This document shows, in pieces, positions 32,445 through 41,107 of a stretch of 45,931 bases of DNA (position 1 is the stretch's first letter; each line of letters begins with the position of its first letter). The position numbers and the translations under genes are program-made. This DNA comes from Nitrospiraceae bacterium (lineage in GTDB: Bacteria > Nitrospirota > Nitrospiria > Nitrospirales > Nitrospiraceae): assembly GCA_041491905.1 (NCBI GenBank), contig JBGPVY010000001.1, positions 1 to 45,931 on the forward strand, read 5' to 3'. A model generated the notes under the pieces. That model ran no database searches and was not told the origin of the DNA. It was given only the letters and a program-made list of their open reading frames with translations.

Positions 32445-33602
32445 ATGATGGTAACTCTTGGCGCACACGATTCCGTGCGCGCCCACCGGTTCTCCATTTG
32501 GAGCAACGTGAAAATCGCGACGAGTGGAGTGGTCTTCGTATTCTGTCTCGTCTTGGGGATCGTGTCGGCAACGATCGCGGTTGACGATTCCTACATCGCC
32601 GGCTACGCCGCCGCTGTCCTCAGACACGAATTTGACGCAACCAAGGCGTCTCTGCAGGTGCAGGGGGGGGTCGTGATTGTTGATGCCGGGTCGCTCGGTA
32701 CGGTCGACCGAACAAAAGTCACGACAGCGTTGGAAAGCATTCCCGGTGTTGTGCGAGTGGAGATCCGAGAAGGCCAGGCTCACGCCGATGTCCGTGAATC
32801 GCCGCCCATTCAGCAAGAACCCACCAAGCCCGAGTCAAAATTCCTTCCTCGCGGTCTCCTCGTAGCTCCTTTCCATGCCGACCCGCGCTGGCCTCATTTC
32901 TCCGGCGCCTACCGTCACGTCACGTACGGCCAAGAGCCGACGAAGACCTTCGCGGCCAATTTCGGTGAAACGTTCGCGCTCTACCGCAATGCGGCTCCTC
33001 TTGACGGCCAATGGGAAATCGTCATCCAGGCTGGGGTCTTCAGTACTTTCAATGTGGGGTCCTCATCGATAGACCTCCAGAACGCCGATTATACCGTCGG
33101 GCTTCTCACCAGCTACCGAACCGGCCCCTTCTCCGGTTTCCTCCGTCTGCATCACCAGAGCTCACATCTGGGGGATGAATTCATCCTCAACAGACAGCCT
33201 CCGATTAACAGAATCAATTTGAGCTTTGAAGAACTCGACCTGAAATTGTCCTATGAGCTGGCCTCCTGGTTGCGGATCTATGGCGGCGGCGGGATGCTGG
33301 TGGACCAATACCCGAAGGATCTGAAAGGCGGCACGAGCCAATTTGGGGTTGAACTCACCAGCCCCTGGACCTTGTGGGGCGGCAAGGTTCGTCCGGTGGC
33401 CTATGCAGATTTCCAGGCCAACGCGAGAAGTAATTGGAGGGTCGCCAACTCCGCCATGGCGGGACTTCAATTCGAGAATGCGAGAATCGGAGATCGCAGA
33501 CTACAGGTATTGGCGGAGTATTTCAGCGGCCCCTCGCCCAACGGACAATTTTATAATCAAAATACGGAGTGGATCGGAGTCAGCGTCCACCTGTATTACT
33601 GA
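32445..33602 (+). CDS. BON domain fused to a DUF1207-like outer-membrane domain
   Basis: N-terminal YIAGYAAAVLRHEF...LQVQGGVVIVDAGSLG...IPGVVRVEI (BON). Then FLPRGLLVAPFHADPRWPHFSGAY...HQSSHLGDEF, which matches DUF1207 as I recall it. Confidence 0.7.
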   Translation: MMVTLGAHDSVRAHRFSIWSNVKIATSGVVFVFCLVLGIVSATIAVDDSYIAGYAAAVLRHEFDATKASLQVQGGVVIVDAGSLGTVDRTKVTTALESIPGVVRVEIREGQAHADVRESPPIQQEPTKPESKFLPRGLLVAPFHADPRWPHFSGAYRHVTYGQEPTKTFAANFGETFALYRNAAPLDGQWEIVIQAGVFSTFNVGSSSIDLQNADYTVGLLTSYRTGPFSGFLRLHHQSSHLGDEFILNRQPPINRINLSFEELDLKLSYELASWLRIYGGGGMLVDQYPKDLKGGTSQFGVELTSPWTLWGGKVRPVAYADFQANARSNWRVANSAMAGLQFENARIGDRRLQVLAEYFSGPSPNGQFYNQNTEWIGVSVHLYY

Positions 33603-33803
33603 TCTACCCCCACGTCCGCTTCATCATCTTCGTCACGCCGACTTCACACGCCAATACTCCATCGGCATAGCGCAACATCCTCAGTACGAGGATTGCTCAG
33701 ACCGGCATCAGCACAGACTCCGACGTAAGACGAGGTCACCAGGGCGAGTGTAGCGGGGAGGGTACTGGGCTGAAGTGGGTGATGGCTGTTTCGAAGCGGG
33801 ACC

Positions 33804-34703
33804 TCAGCCGCATTTTATTCTCTGCAGGAGAGCCGCTTCGTGCTCCTCAACCTGGCTTCGGATCCCGCAACTCAGAGGCGCAGGTTGTGCGCATCGTGCC
33901 GACGCGCCCTCCTCAACGCCGTGATACGCGCCCGACAGGCATACGGTCTGTCCAAAGAGCGAGCGGTAGAGTCCGATCGGGTACATGCCTCTGGACATGA
34001 GTTTCCACCCCACCATGCAGGTGATGCGGACGATGTCGAGCACCGGCCGAAAATAACTGGGTCGCGCTCCGGGACGGCGCAGGGCTTCAATGGGAACCGC
34101 CAGGCTTCGATGTCCTGAACGAGTAGCCTCGATCAGAATTTCGCTTTCGAAGACGAAGCTTCTGACTTTTCCATGTTTGATCTTCACACGACTCAACAGT
34201 GATGCGGGATAGACACGAAAGCCTGACTGACTATCTGCAAATGAATAGCCCGCGGCCCAGGAGACCCAGAAATCAGCCACACGGTTTGCGACATAGCGCC
34301 AGAAGGCCGCACGTCGCTGACCTCCACGGCGCGCTCCGATGATCACATGATCTGGATAGAAGGCAGCTTCAGCGAGCAATCGTGGAATGTCTTCCGGCGC
34401 ATGCTGGCCATCGCCGTCCAGAGTCACAACGCCGGAGGATCCAGCTGCCAATGCCTGCTGAAAGCCACGCCACAGGCTGGCGGCCTTCCCGCAGTTCGTG
34501 GAATTTCGCAATAGTGCGACGGGCAATCCAACCAGAGCTTCTGCCGTGCCATCGGTAGACCCATCGTCCACAACGATCACATGCTCGATCTGTCGGATCG
34601 CCCGCGATGCCACGTCCCTAATCGTGGAGGCTTCGTTATAGGCGGGGATCACAACCCAGTACCCGGCCAGGACGTTGACCTCCGAATGTGAATGGGCGTT
34701 CAC
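33804..34703 (-). CDS. Family-2 glycosyltransferase
   Basis: GTG at 34703 overlaps the KR stop (GTGA). VVIPAYNEASTI...VVDDGSTDGT...LDGDGQH. The 5' part of the listed ORF 33804-35117 is rejected because it overlaps the KR gene. Confidence 0.8.
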   Translation of the reverse strand: MNAHSHSEVNVLAGYWVVIPAYNEASTIRDVASRAIRQIEHVIVVDDGSTDGTAEALVGLPVALLRNSTNCGKAASLWRGFQQALAAGSSGVVTLDGDGQHAPEDIPRLLAEAAFYPDHVIIGARRGGQRRAAFWRYVANRVADFWVSWAAGYSFADSQSGFRVYPASLLSRVKIKHGKVRSFVFESEILIEATRSGHRSLAVPIEALRRPGARPSYFRPVLDIVRITCMVGWKLMSRGMYPIGLYRSLFGQTVCLSGAYHGVEEGASARCAQPAPLSCGIRSQVEEHEAALLQRIKCG

Positions 34704-35419
34704 GCTATCCCCCCATTGAGACCGATCACTTGGCCGGAGATATAGTCGGCCTTCTCGGAGGCCAGGAATCCAACTAGGTACGCCACCTCTTGAGGCGTGC
34801 CGGCTCGCTTCATCGGCACCAAAGCCTCGATCTTTTCCGGTTTGCAACTCTGCTCGACCATCCGCGATTCGATAAAGCCCAGCGCAACCACATTGACGGT
34901 CACGCCTCGGGAGGCGACCTCCCGGGCAAGCGATTTGGAGGCGCCGTGGATCCCCGCTTTGGCCGCTGCGTAATTCGTCTGACCTCGATTGCCGAGCTGG
35001 GCCGAGATCGACGAAATCGTGATGATCCGTCCCCACCGAGTGCCGATCATCGGAAGGAGCAACGGCTGAGTCACGTTGAAAAATCCGCCCAGCGAGACAG
35101 CGATCACGTGGCTCCATTGGTCCGCCCGCATGCCCGCCATCGGGGCATCGTCATAGACGCCTGCATTGTTCACGAGCACCTGGATGGGACCGGCTTCCAG
35201 AATCTGCGTCAGGGCCCGTCGAGTGGCCTCGGCATCGCTGACATCGAAGCAGGCTACGCCGGCCGACCCGCCTGTTCCGATGATCTGCTTGGTTACCTCC
35301 TCGGCCGCAGCGCGATTGCGATGCGCATGGACAATGACGTGCAGGCGCTCCTGCGCCAGCTGTCGGCTGATCGCGGCGCCGATTTGACCGCTGCCGCCTG
35401 TGACCAAGGCTCGTTTCAT
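34700..35419 (-). CDS. 3-oxoacyl-ACP reductase (SDR, FabG-like)
   Basis: TGGSGQIGAAI; NNAGV; SSISAQLGNRGQTNYAAAKAG (Ser-Tyr-Lys). Confidence 0.9.
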   Translation of the reverse strand: MKRALVTGGSGQIGAAISRQLAQERLHVIVHAHRNRAAAEEVTKQIIGTGGSAGVACFDVSDAEATRRALTQILEAGPIQVLVNNAGVYDDAPMAGMRADQWSHVIAVSLGGFFNVTQPLLLPMIGTRWGRIITISSISAQLGNRGQTNYAAAKAGIHGASKSLAREVASRGVTVNVVALGFIESRMVEQSCKPEKIEALVPMKRAGTPQEVAYLVGFLASEKADYISGQVIGLNGGIA

Positions 35420-35421
35420 GA

Positions 35422-35865
35422 TTAGTGGTCGGGGTGCTTGAGGAATATGGATGCGCGCCCATCCAGCAACTCTTGTCGCTCAACCGACACTCGAAAGGCA
35501 TAGATGAAGCTGCCGGTCTCGCCGACTAAACGGGTCGCTTGAACCGTCAAGTCTCCCTTCACGTCGTCCAGACGAGCGGCCCGAAGCATCAGATCCTTTA
35601 CGGCTCCCAGATATCCCACGGCGAGTCGACGCGTCTTCCCCTGCTCCAGAAGCCCGACATGCACCGCCATCGCCTGTGCCGCATACTCCAGTCCGCAGAT
35701 CGCCTCCAATTGGTTGTCTCGCCGAAGAGGATTCGTCGCGTCACGATGCGACGCAGTCGTACACGTAATGCTGGTGTCATCCCACCGCTCGACCGTATCC
35801 AACAGGCACATCGCGCCATGATGCGGAATCAATCTGCAAAGAGCAGCTTTGCCGATGATCAGCAT
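35422..35865 (-). CDS. Hotdog-fold dehydratase (APE-cluster type)
   Basis: 147 aa. LIPHHGAMCLLD...EAICGLEYAAQAMAVH. The position between the CLF-like and KR genes matches APE clusters. Confidence 0.65.
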   Translation of the reverse strand: MLIIGKAALCRLIPHHGAMCLLDTVERWDDTSITCTTASHRDATNPLRRDNQLEAICGLEYAAQAMAVHVGLLEQGKTRRLAVGYLGAVKDLMLRAARLDDVKGDLTVQATRLVGETGSFIYAFRVSVERQELLDGRASIFLKHPDH

Positions 35866-36656
35866 GGTATGACCCGGATCAAAAGTTGTTGGTCTTCTAG
35901 ATACTCAAGGCGGACCAGTGTGCCGCACTGCCTCGCGATGGCGGCCAGAAGCGGTAACGACCGTGCGGCTTGATTCCCGCTCCGAAGAGCTTCCAGTCGT
36001 GCATCGTCCATGCTCGTCGATTCCTCAGAGAGGTCATTGGAAAGAGTGAGATCGAGCTGAGCGAGGTTGCGCGGCGCAGGAGTTCGCGTCAACAACAGAG
36101 CGGCTGCGAATCCTCCTCGCAGGGGTCGCGCAGCATAGAGAGGAGGGGGTGGCGGAAGATCATAGGCCACCAGGAGTACAGGCCTATCCTCGATTTGCGT
36201 ATAGGCGGCCGCCTCCAGCAAGGCGGCGCAGAAGGAAGAATCATAACAAGCCAGCACGGTTGACGATTGCTGTGAGCCAGTGCCGATGCCCCAGTAGCCG
36301 GACGCGGCATTATGGACGGAGTGGTGGAACAGCGTGGGCGAAATCAACCGTTGCGGCTCGGCGAGCGCCGTGCAGAGACGATCCAGGACATCGGTTTCGC
36401 CGTCGGAGGACGCGAAGACCGACGCCACCTCGCGCGCATCGGCCTCCGCCTGCTGCATGGCCTCCTGTGCCACATGGACAGCCCAGCGCACCGTCTCGCT
36501 GCTGCGCCTCCGTTCGTTCGGCGGAAGCACGCTTGCGCTCGGCTCCGGCGGGGCGGCTTCATACGAAGGGCTCTCGCCTCCCAGCACGGCCCGGCTTCCC
36601 GCCCAACCTGCGAGCCCCGGTCCCAACGTGCCGATCCCATTTACATACAATGTCAT
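35859..36656 (-). CDS. Beta-ketoacyl synthase-like protein lacking the full KS fold (chain-length-factor-like)
   Basis: ATGA overlap with the KS gene. GIGTLGPGLAGW...FHHSVHNAASGYWGI... Shortened to 265 aa. Confidence 0.7.
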   Translation of the reverse strand: MTLYVNGIGTLGPGLAGWAGSRAVLGGESPSYEAAPPEPSASVLPPNERRRSSETVRWAVHVAQEAMQQAEADAREVASVFASSDGETDVLDRLCTALAEPQRLISPTLFHHSVHNAASGYWGIGTGSQQSSTVLACYDSSFCAALLEAAAYTQIEDRPVLLVAYDLPPPPPLYAARPLRGGFAAALLLTRTPAPRNLAQLDLTLSNDLSEESTSMDDARLEALRSGNQAARSLPLLAAIARQCGTLVRLEYLEDQQLLIRVIPC

Positions 36657-38020
36657 CAGACTGTCCCGAAAATCAGGCTGCAGTTATTACCGCCAAACCC
36701 AAAGCTATTGCTCAACACCCGCCGAACCGGCTGCTCCCGATTCTCCAACAGCACGTGACCGCTCAAGCTGGGATCGATTCGAGTCGTGTTCAGTGTCCCG
36801 GGAACAAAACTGCGCGTGAGACACAACGCGGCAATCACCGCTCCCGTGACTCCCGCTCCCCCTAATGTATGTCCCGTCCACCCTTTGGTCGAGCTGCAGG
36901 GGGTCGAGGGACCAAACACCGAGTGGACAGCTTTATCTTCAATGCTGTCGTTCGCCCTGGTCGCGGTGCCGTGCAGATGAATGTAGTCGATGTCCCAGGA
37001 GGTGAGCTTACTCCGCAGCAAAGCCGCTTGCATCGCCCTGATCGCCCCGGTCCCTTCCGGATGGGGATGCGACATGTGATACCCGTCGCAACTCTCCCCG
37101 TAGCCCAATAACGCCACCGCCCCAGGCCGACCCGCATGCTCGGATTTTTCCAGTAACGCAAAGCCGGCCGATTCACCCAACGTCAGTCCGTCGCGATTCT
37201 CGTCAGATGGACGGCAGGGACCGGTCGACATCAGCCCCAACGAAGCGAATCCATACAGAATCGTCAGACAAAGACTATCCACGCCGCCGACCACCGCCGC
37301 GTCGCAGAATCCGGCCTCGATGAATCGTGCCGCCGTCGCAAACGCCTTCGCGCTGGACGAACAGGCCGTGGAGATGACCATTGCCGGTCCCCGCAGCCCC
37401 AGGTATGTGCGCACGAAATGCGCGGACGAAAACATGTTATGGGTATATCGATGGGACGTCAGGTACGACGACGGCAAAGCGCCGGTTGCCCGGTCACGGT
37501 GGCAGTACGCATGTTCCGTCTCCAGGATGCCCGATGTGCTCGAACCAAGGATCACCGCCACGCGGTGAGCACCGTAGCGCTCGCGGGCCTTTATTGCGGC
37601 TTGGATGAACCCGTCCTGCTGAAGCCCGAGGAGCGCGAGCCGATTGTTCCGGCAGTCGAACTGCTCCAATTCCGTTGACGCTGAACCACTGCCGACGAAC
37701 ACGTCTTCCACATCATCGACCCGGCCGATGTGGGTGGTGATCCCCACGTCTTCGAAGTCGCAGGGCCGCAACCCTGAACGCCGATTCCGCAATGCCCGAT
37801 AGGTCTCATTGAGGCCTTTCCCCAGCGCTGAGACGATGGTATAGCGGCTGAGAATGAGCGGGGCCATCCCTCGCGCGCCCCCAACATGTGGATTGTGTGA
37901 AACGCGCCAGCAGCCCTGAAGATCGTAAGGGATATCCTCGGCAACTTTATCCGGGCGGTGCCCCTCAGCGAGGTGGGATCCGTCTTCTTCTGTCGGTTCA
38001 TCAACCAGACCCTGTGCCAT
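36656..38020 (-). CDS. Beta-ketoacyl-ACP synthase (KAS I/II-like); alternative start at 37867
   Basis: ISTACSSSAKAF (active-site Cys), HLHGTATRANDSIE, GHTLGGAG, NSFGFGGNN. GGAGGAG lies about 10 nt upstream of the ATG at 38020. Confidence 0.85.
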   Translation of the reverse strand: MAQGLVDEPTEEDGSHLAEGHRPDKVAEDIPYDLQGCWRVSHNPHVGGARGMAPLILSRYTIVSALGKGLNETYRALRNRRSGLRPCDFEDVGITTHIGRVDDVEDVFVGSGSASTELEQFDCRNNRLALLGLQQDGFIQAAIKARERYGAHRVAVILGSSTSGILETEHAYCHRDRATGALPSSYLTSHRYTHNMFSSAHFVRTYLGLRGPAMVISTACSSSAKAFATAARFIEAGFCDAAVVGGVDSLCLTILYGFASLGLMSTGPCRPSDENRDGLTLGESAGFALLEKSEHAGRPGAVALLGYGESCDGYHMSHPHPEGTGAIRAMQAALLRSKLTSWDIDYIHLHGTATRANDSIEDKAVHSVFGPSTPCSSTKGWTGHTLGGAGVTGAVIAALCLTRSFVPGTLNTTRIDPSLSGHVLLENREQPVRRVLSNSFGFGGNNCSLIFGTV

Positions 38021-38089
38021 TGAAGACGCTCTCCTCCACGCTGTCGATCAAGCCTGCGGGGAAGAAAAGTACCAGGTTGCGGAGAGGCC

Positions 38090-38107
38090 AACTGGTCAAA
38101 ATTGCTC
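38090..38107 (-). promoter_or_regulatory. Stress-promoter element copy 6 (GAGCAATTTTGACCAGTT) inside the pigment cluster, overlapping the MMPL stop codon
   Basis: Minus strand reads a-TGA-GCAATTTTGACCAGTT, with the MMPL stop TGA at 38106-38108. TACTTT at 38066-38071 at the fixed spacing. Reads toward the KS gene. Confidence 0.55.
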
Positions 38108-40460
38108 ATTTTTGGAAAGTCTCGGCGGAAAGAGGTGGTTTCTCAGGCGACTCAGCTAGGAACGCGGCAAAGACCAGACAGGCCAGCGATCCCAATGCCG
38201 TGGTTAATCCGATGGCTCGCAGCACAGGGATCTGTGAGACGGCCAGCACTCCGAATACCAAGATCGTGGTCGTGCTGCATACGACCAGGCCATAGACGGT
38301 GCGTCCTCGCTCCGCCGGGGTCCCATGTCTTCGGTTGAAGAACAAGGCATAGTCCAACCCGAGGCCAATGACCAGAAGGAAAGACGCTAGGTGGAACAGC
38401 GAAAACCGTTCACCTAGTGCGTGCAGCAAGGCAGCCACAACCACAATGGCGCTTCCGATTGGAAGCATCACTCGCAGGACGGTGACGGGAGCGCGGAGCC
38501 CGACAAGCAGCACGAGACCGATAGACAGGACCCCCCAGCCCAAGAGTCGCAGCGTCTCATCCCGGTACACGCTGACCATTCGGTTTGATTCTTCCTTCAG
38601 ATCCAAATAGGTAATCTGGAGTTCACCCCACGGCGTCAGAAGCTCCCGGAACTTCTGTCTGTCAGTGACGCCACGCAACGGCACGACCGCAGCCCAGCGT
38701 CCCTCATGCATAAACAACAGCGAGTCCAGTTTGAGCCCCAGCGCCGTCCCGCGGAACGTCTGGATGTCGACCGGCTCCTGCGTCCTGGCTTTCCCTGCTG
38801 CGTCCAGGAATGGCTGAAACAGGCTGGGCTTGAAAGGCAAGCCCTTCATGGCTGATGTGAGATTCCGCTCCAAGGTTTCGCGATCAGGCAACGATGCCTG
38901 GTGCGCCTGTTGCGTCTTGCGGCTGGGCAGATAGCGAGCAGCGAGATCGTATCCTACCAGTTCCCCTTTTCTCATGAGTGGGTCCAACGCCAGCGCCAAC
39001 GCTTCACTCCGTTGGAGGGCCTCTTCTTCGCTTGAGCTCTCCACCACGATGAGGTCCCGGACATCCGGCACCCCGAGTTCATTGCGAAGGGCTTGATCCC
39101 GCTCTTTCTTCTCAGTCGAGATCGGGCTCAGATTGGCAATGTCCTGCTCCCACAGCGGCGTATCCGACCAGATGAAGGAGCCGATGGCAAGGACCACTGC
39201 CAGCGGGACTACAAGTCGTGCCCTTGTCAGCGCATCGACCCACTGTGCGACATGCAGCCCTTCGCGTCTTGTGTGAAATCCTATGGGTACGACGTAGGGA
39301 AGAACCCAACGGGTCACGCATGCGGCCGTGAACAAGCCGACCATCGCGAACAGCCCCAGTTGCGACAGGCCAGGGAACCCGCTCAGGAGTAATGCAGAGA
39401 ACCCAAGAGCCGTCGCCACGACTCCGAGGCGCATCGTCGGCCAGATCTCTTTCATCACGGTCGGCGCCCGGCTCTCCTTGGTGAGATGGCTGAAAAGATG
39501 GATGGGATAATCGTCCACGACGCCTAGCAACGTAATTCCAAACGCCAAGGTCATGCCGTGAATGAACCCGAACACAAGACCCACGGCTACGATCCCGGCC
39601 AGGATCGCGCTCGTCAAGGGAAGGAGGCTGAGAGCAAGAATAGAGATGGAGCCATAGCTGACGAAGAGAAACGTTGTGACCAGCAACGTCGCGCACAAGG
39701 ACAACCGCCACACATCATCTTGGATGGTTTGCCGCATCTCAACGGCAATGACGCTGGGTCCCGTCATCACCAACTGAATGGGAGCTGCACCAGTGGAAGT
39801 TCCGGCGACCGGTCTGAAGGCCTCTCTAATTTTCCCTTGCAGTTGTTCCTGGGATTCCATATCAAAACCGGCCGCATGTGTCTCCGCCACGAGCAACGCG
39901 CGCCGCAGGTCCGACGAGAACCACACTCCTTGGTGTCTCGCCGGAGCCGTCCAGGTCATCCAGGTATGAAGGATCTTCATGAACTCGCCGGTGGGATCGC
40001 CCGGGATCAGTTCCTTGACCATAGGTGACAGTGGAGAGGTGAGGTCGCTCAGCCGCAGCTCAAGGGAGTCGCGGAGATGATCTCGACTGAACGTGGACTC
40101 CTGCACGCCTGGACTGAGCACGTACCGATTCTGAAAGAGGCGTTCCCGCTCCTCCTTTGTCCAGGCTTGCTCCCCATTACCGACATATTGGAAGGCACCA
40201 CTTCCGCGCATCCAGGTCGCCAACTGTTTGCTGGCTCCTGCCAGCAGATCGGCATCCTCTCCCTCCAAAGCTATAAGGATGAGCCGCCCAGTCGCGCCTG
40301 TTCGCAGTTCCGTGAGTAGCAGGCGTTCTGTTGGTGTGGCACCCTCCGGCATTAAGCGGGAGAGTTCGGTCTCCACGTGTGCACGCGTGGCCACGAACCA
40401 CGCTGCGAACCCCAGCACCATGCACCAGATCAAAAGTGTGACCCAGGATCTTCTCGTCAC
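38106..40460 (-). CDS. MMPL/RND-superfamily exporter
   Basis: 784 aa. Two blocks of 5-6 TM helices separated by large periplasmic loops. Typical APE/xanthomonadin exporter position. Confidence 0.8.
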   Translation of the reverse strand: MTRRSWVTLLIWCMVLGFAAWFVATRAHVETELSRLMPEGATPTERLLLTELRTGATGRLILIALEGEDADLLAGASKQLATWMRGSGAFQYVGNGEQAWTKEERERLFQNRYVLSPGVQESTFSRDHLRDSLELRLSDLTSPLSPMVKELIPGDPTGEFMKILHTWMTWTAPARHQGVWFSSDLRRALLVAETHAAGFDMESQEQLQGKIREAFRPVAGTSTGAAPIQLVMTGPSVIAVEMRQTIQDDVWRLSLCATLLVTTFLFVSYGSISILALSLLPLTSAILAGIVAVGLVFGFIHGMTLAFGITLLGVVDDYPIHLFSHLTKESRAPTVMKEIWPTMRLGVVATALGFSALLLSGFPGLSQLGLFAMVGLFTAACVTRWVLPYVVPIGFHTRREGLHVAQWVDALTRARLVVPLAVVLAIGSFIWSDTPLWEQDIANLSPISTEKKERDQALRNELGVPDVRDLIVVESSSEEEALQRSEALALALDPLMRKGELVGYDLAARYLPSRKTQQAHQASLPDRETLERNLTSAMKGLPFKPSLFQPFLDAAGKARTQEPVDIQTFRGTALGLKLDSLLFMHEGRWAAVVPLRGVTDRQKFRELLTPWGELQITYLDLKEESNRMVSVYRDETLRLLGWGVLSIGLVLLVGLRAPVTVLRVMLPIGSAIVVVAALLHALGERFSLFHLASFLLVIGLGLDYALFFNRRHGTPAERGRTVYGLVVCSTTTILVFGVLAVSQIPVLRAIGLTTALGSLACLVFAAFLAESPEKPPLSAETFQK

Positions 40461-41107
40461 TGCGCGCCCGTTGTGATGACCATGACAGACCGATCTCCGT
40501 CTGGGGCTTTGATTTCAATGCTACCGACGTGTTCCCTTTCTCCGGAGATCCGTATGGACTCCACCAGTTCCTGCACGGCTTTGTCCAGTGGACGCAGAAT
40601 CAAGACCCATCGTTGTGGCTCACCCTGCAGCGTCACGCTATAGAAACGCTTCAGGGTGATGACATCATTGGCGAGCGTTGACCGAAAGCCCTCTGTAAAT
40701 GCCCGCAGCGCAGGGTAGTCGTGCAATGAAAGGGTCCTGTTCGTATCCTTTGTCTTGCTCTCGAAGAGGACCGTATCGCCCTCAACGAGGTAGCGTTCGT
40801 CATGAGGAGCGGTGATATGTTTCTCGAGCCCCGTCGGAGGAGTGAAACGCAAGATGCCTTGGGTCTTCAACGGTTGGGTGAGCAGGTTCGAAAATGCGGT
40901 CTCTTCAAACCGTACTTCCGCTTGCCGGTTCTTGGCCAGGCTCTCAATGAGCTGTTCCACATTCCAGCCAGTTGATCCTGCCTCGCGCACAGACTGTGGC
41001 GACGTCTGGGCCAGAGACATCGGCGCAGGACCCGGCAAGAACAACCAGATGAGGAACAGGGCTGGCAGTCTCAACAGCCAGCTACCGTTGCTCTTCCCAA
41101 AAGTCAT
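40457..41107 (-). CDS. LolA-like outer-membrane lipoprotein carrier family protein
   Basis: Signal peptide. ..FEETAFSNLLTQPLKTQGILRFTPPTGLEKHI... 4-nt overlap with the MMPL start. Confidence 0.6.
   Translation of the reverse strand: MTFGKSNGSWLLRLPALFLIWLFLPGPAPMSLAQTSPQSVREAGSTGWNVEQLIESLAKNRQAEVRFEETAFSNLLTQPLKTQGILRFTPPTGLEKHITAPHDERYLVEGDTVLFESKTKDTNRTLSLHDYPALRAFTEGFRSTLANDVITLKRFYSVTLQGEPQRWVLILRPLDKAVQELVESIRISGEREHVGSIEIKAPDGDRSVMVITTGAQ

Noticed and set aside
33690-33705. GGATTGCTCAGACC in the DUF1207/GT2 convergent spacer as an element copy.
   Set aside because: Only one half-site is present, and it lies between two convergent gene ends, so it cannot serve as a promoter.
34704-35117. 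5' extension of the GT2 ORF (listed 33804-35117), and likewise 42302-42475 of the dehydratase ORF, 10013-10132 of SOD and 8104-8301 of YtxH.
   Set aside because: The extensions overlap the preceding well-supported gene. Internal starts with good Shine-Dalgarno sequences or GTGA/ATGA coupling give proteins of the expected family length.
12767-38107. The 13 repeated 18-mers as a CRISPR array or other tandem repeat.
   Set aside because: The copies are 0.5-6 kb apart, lie in both orientations, each sits in a separate intergenic region, and there is no regular spacer structure or cas gene.
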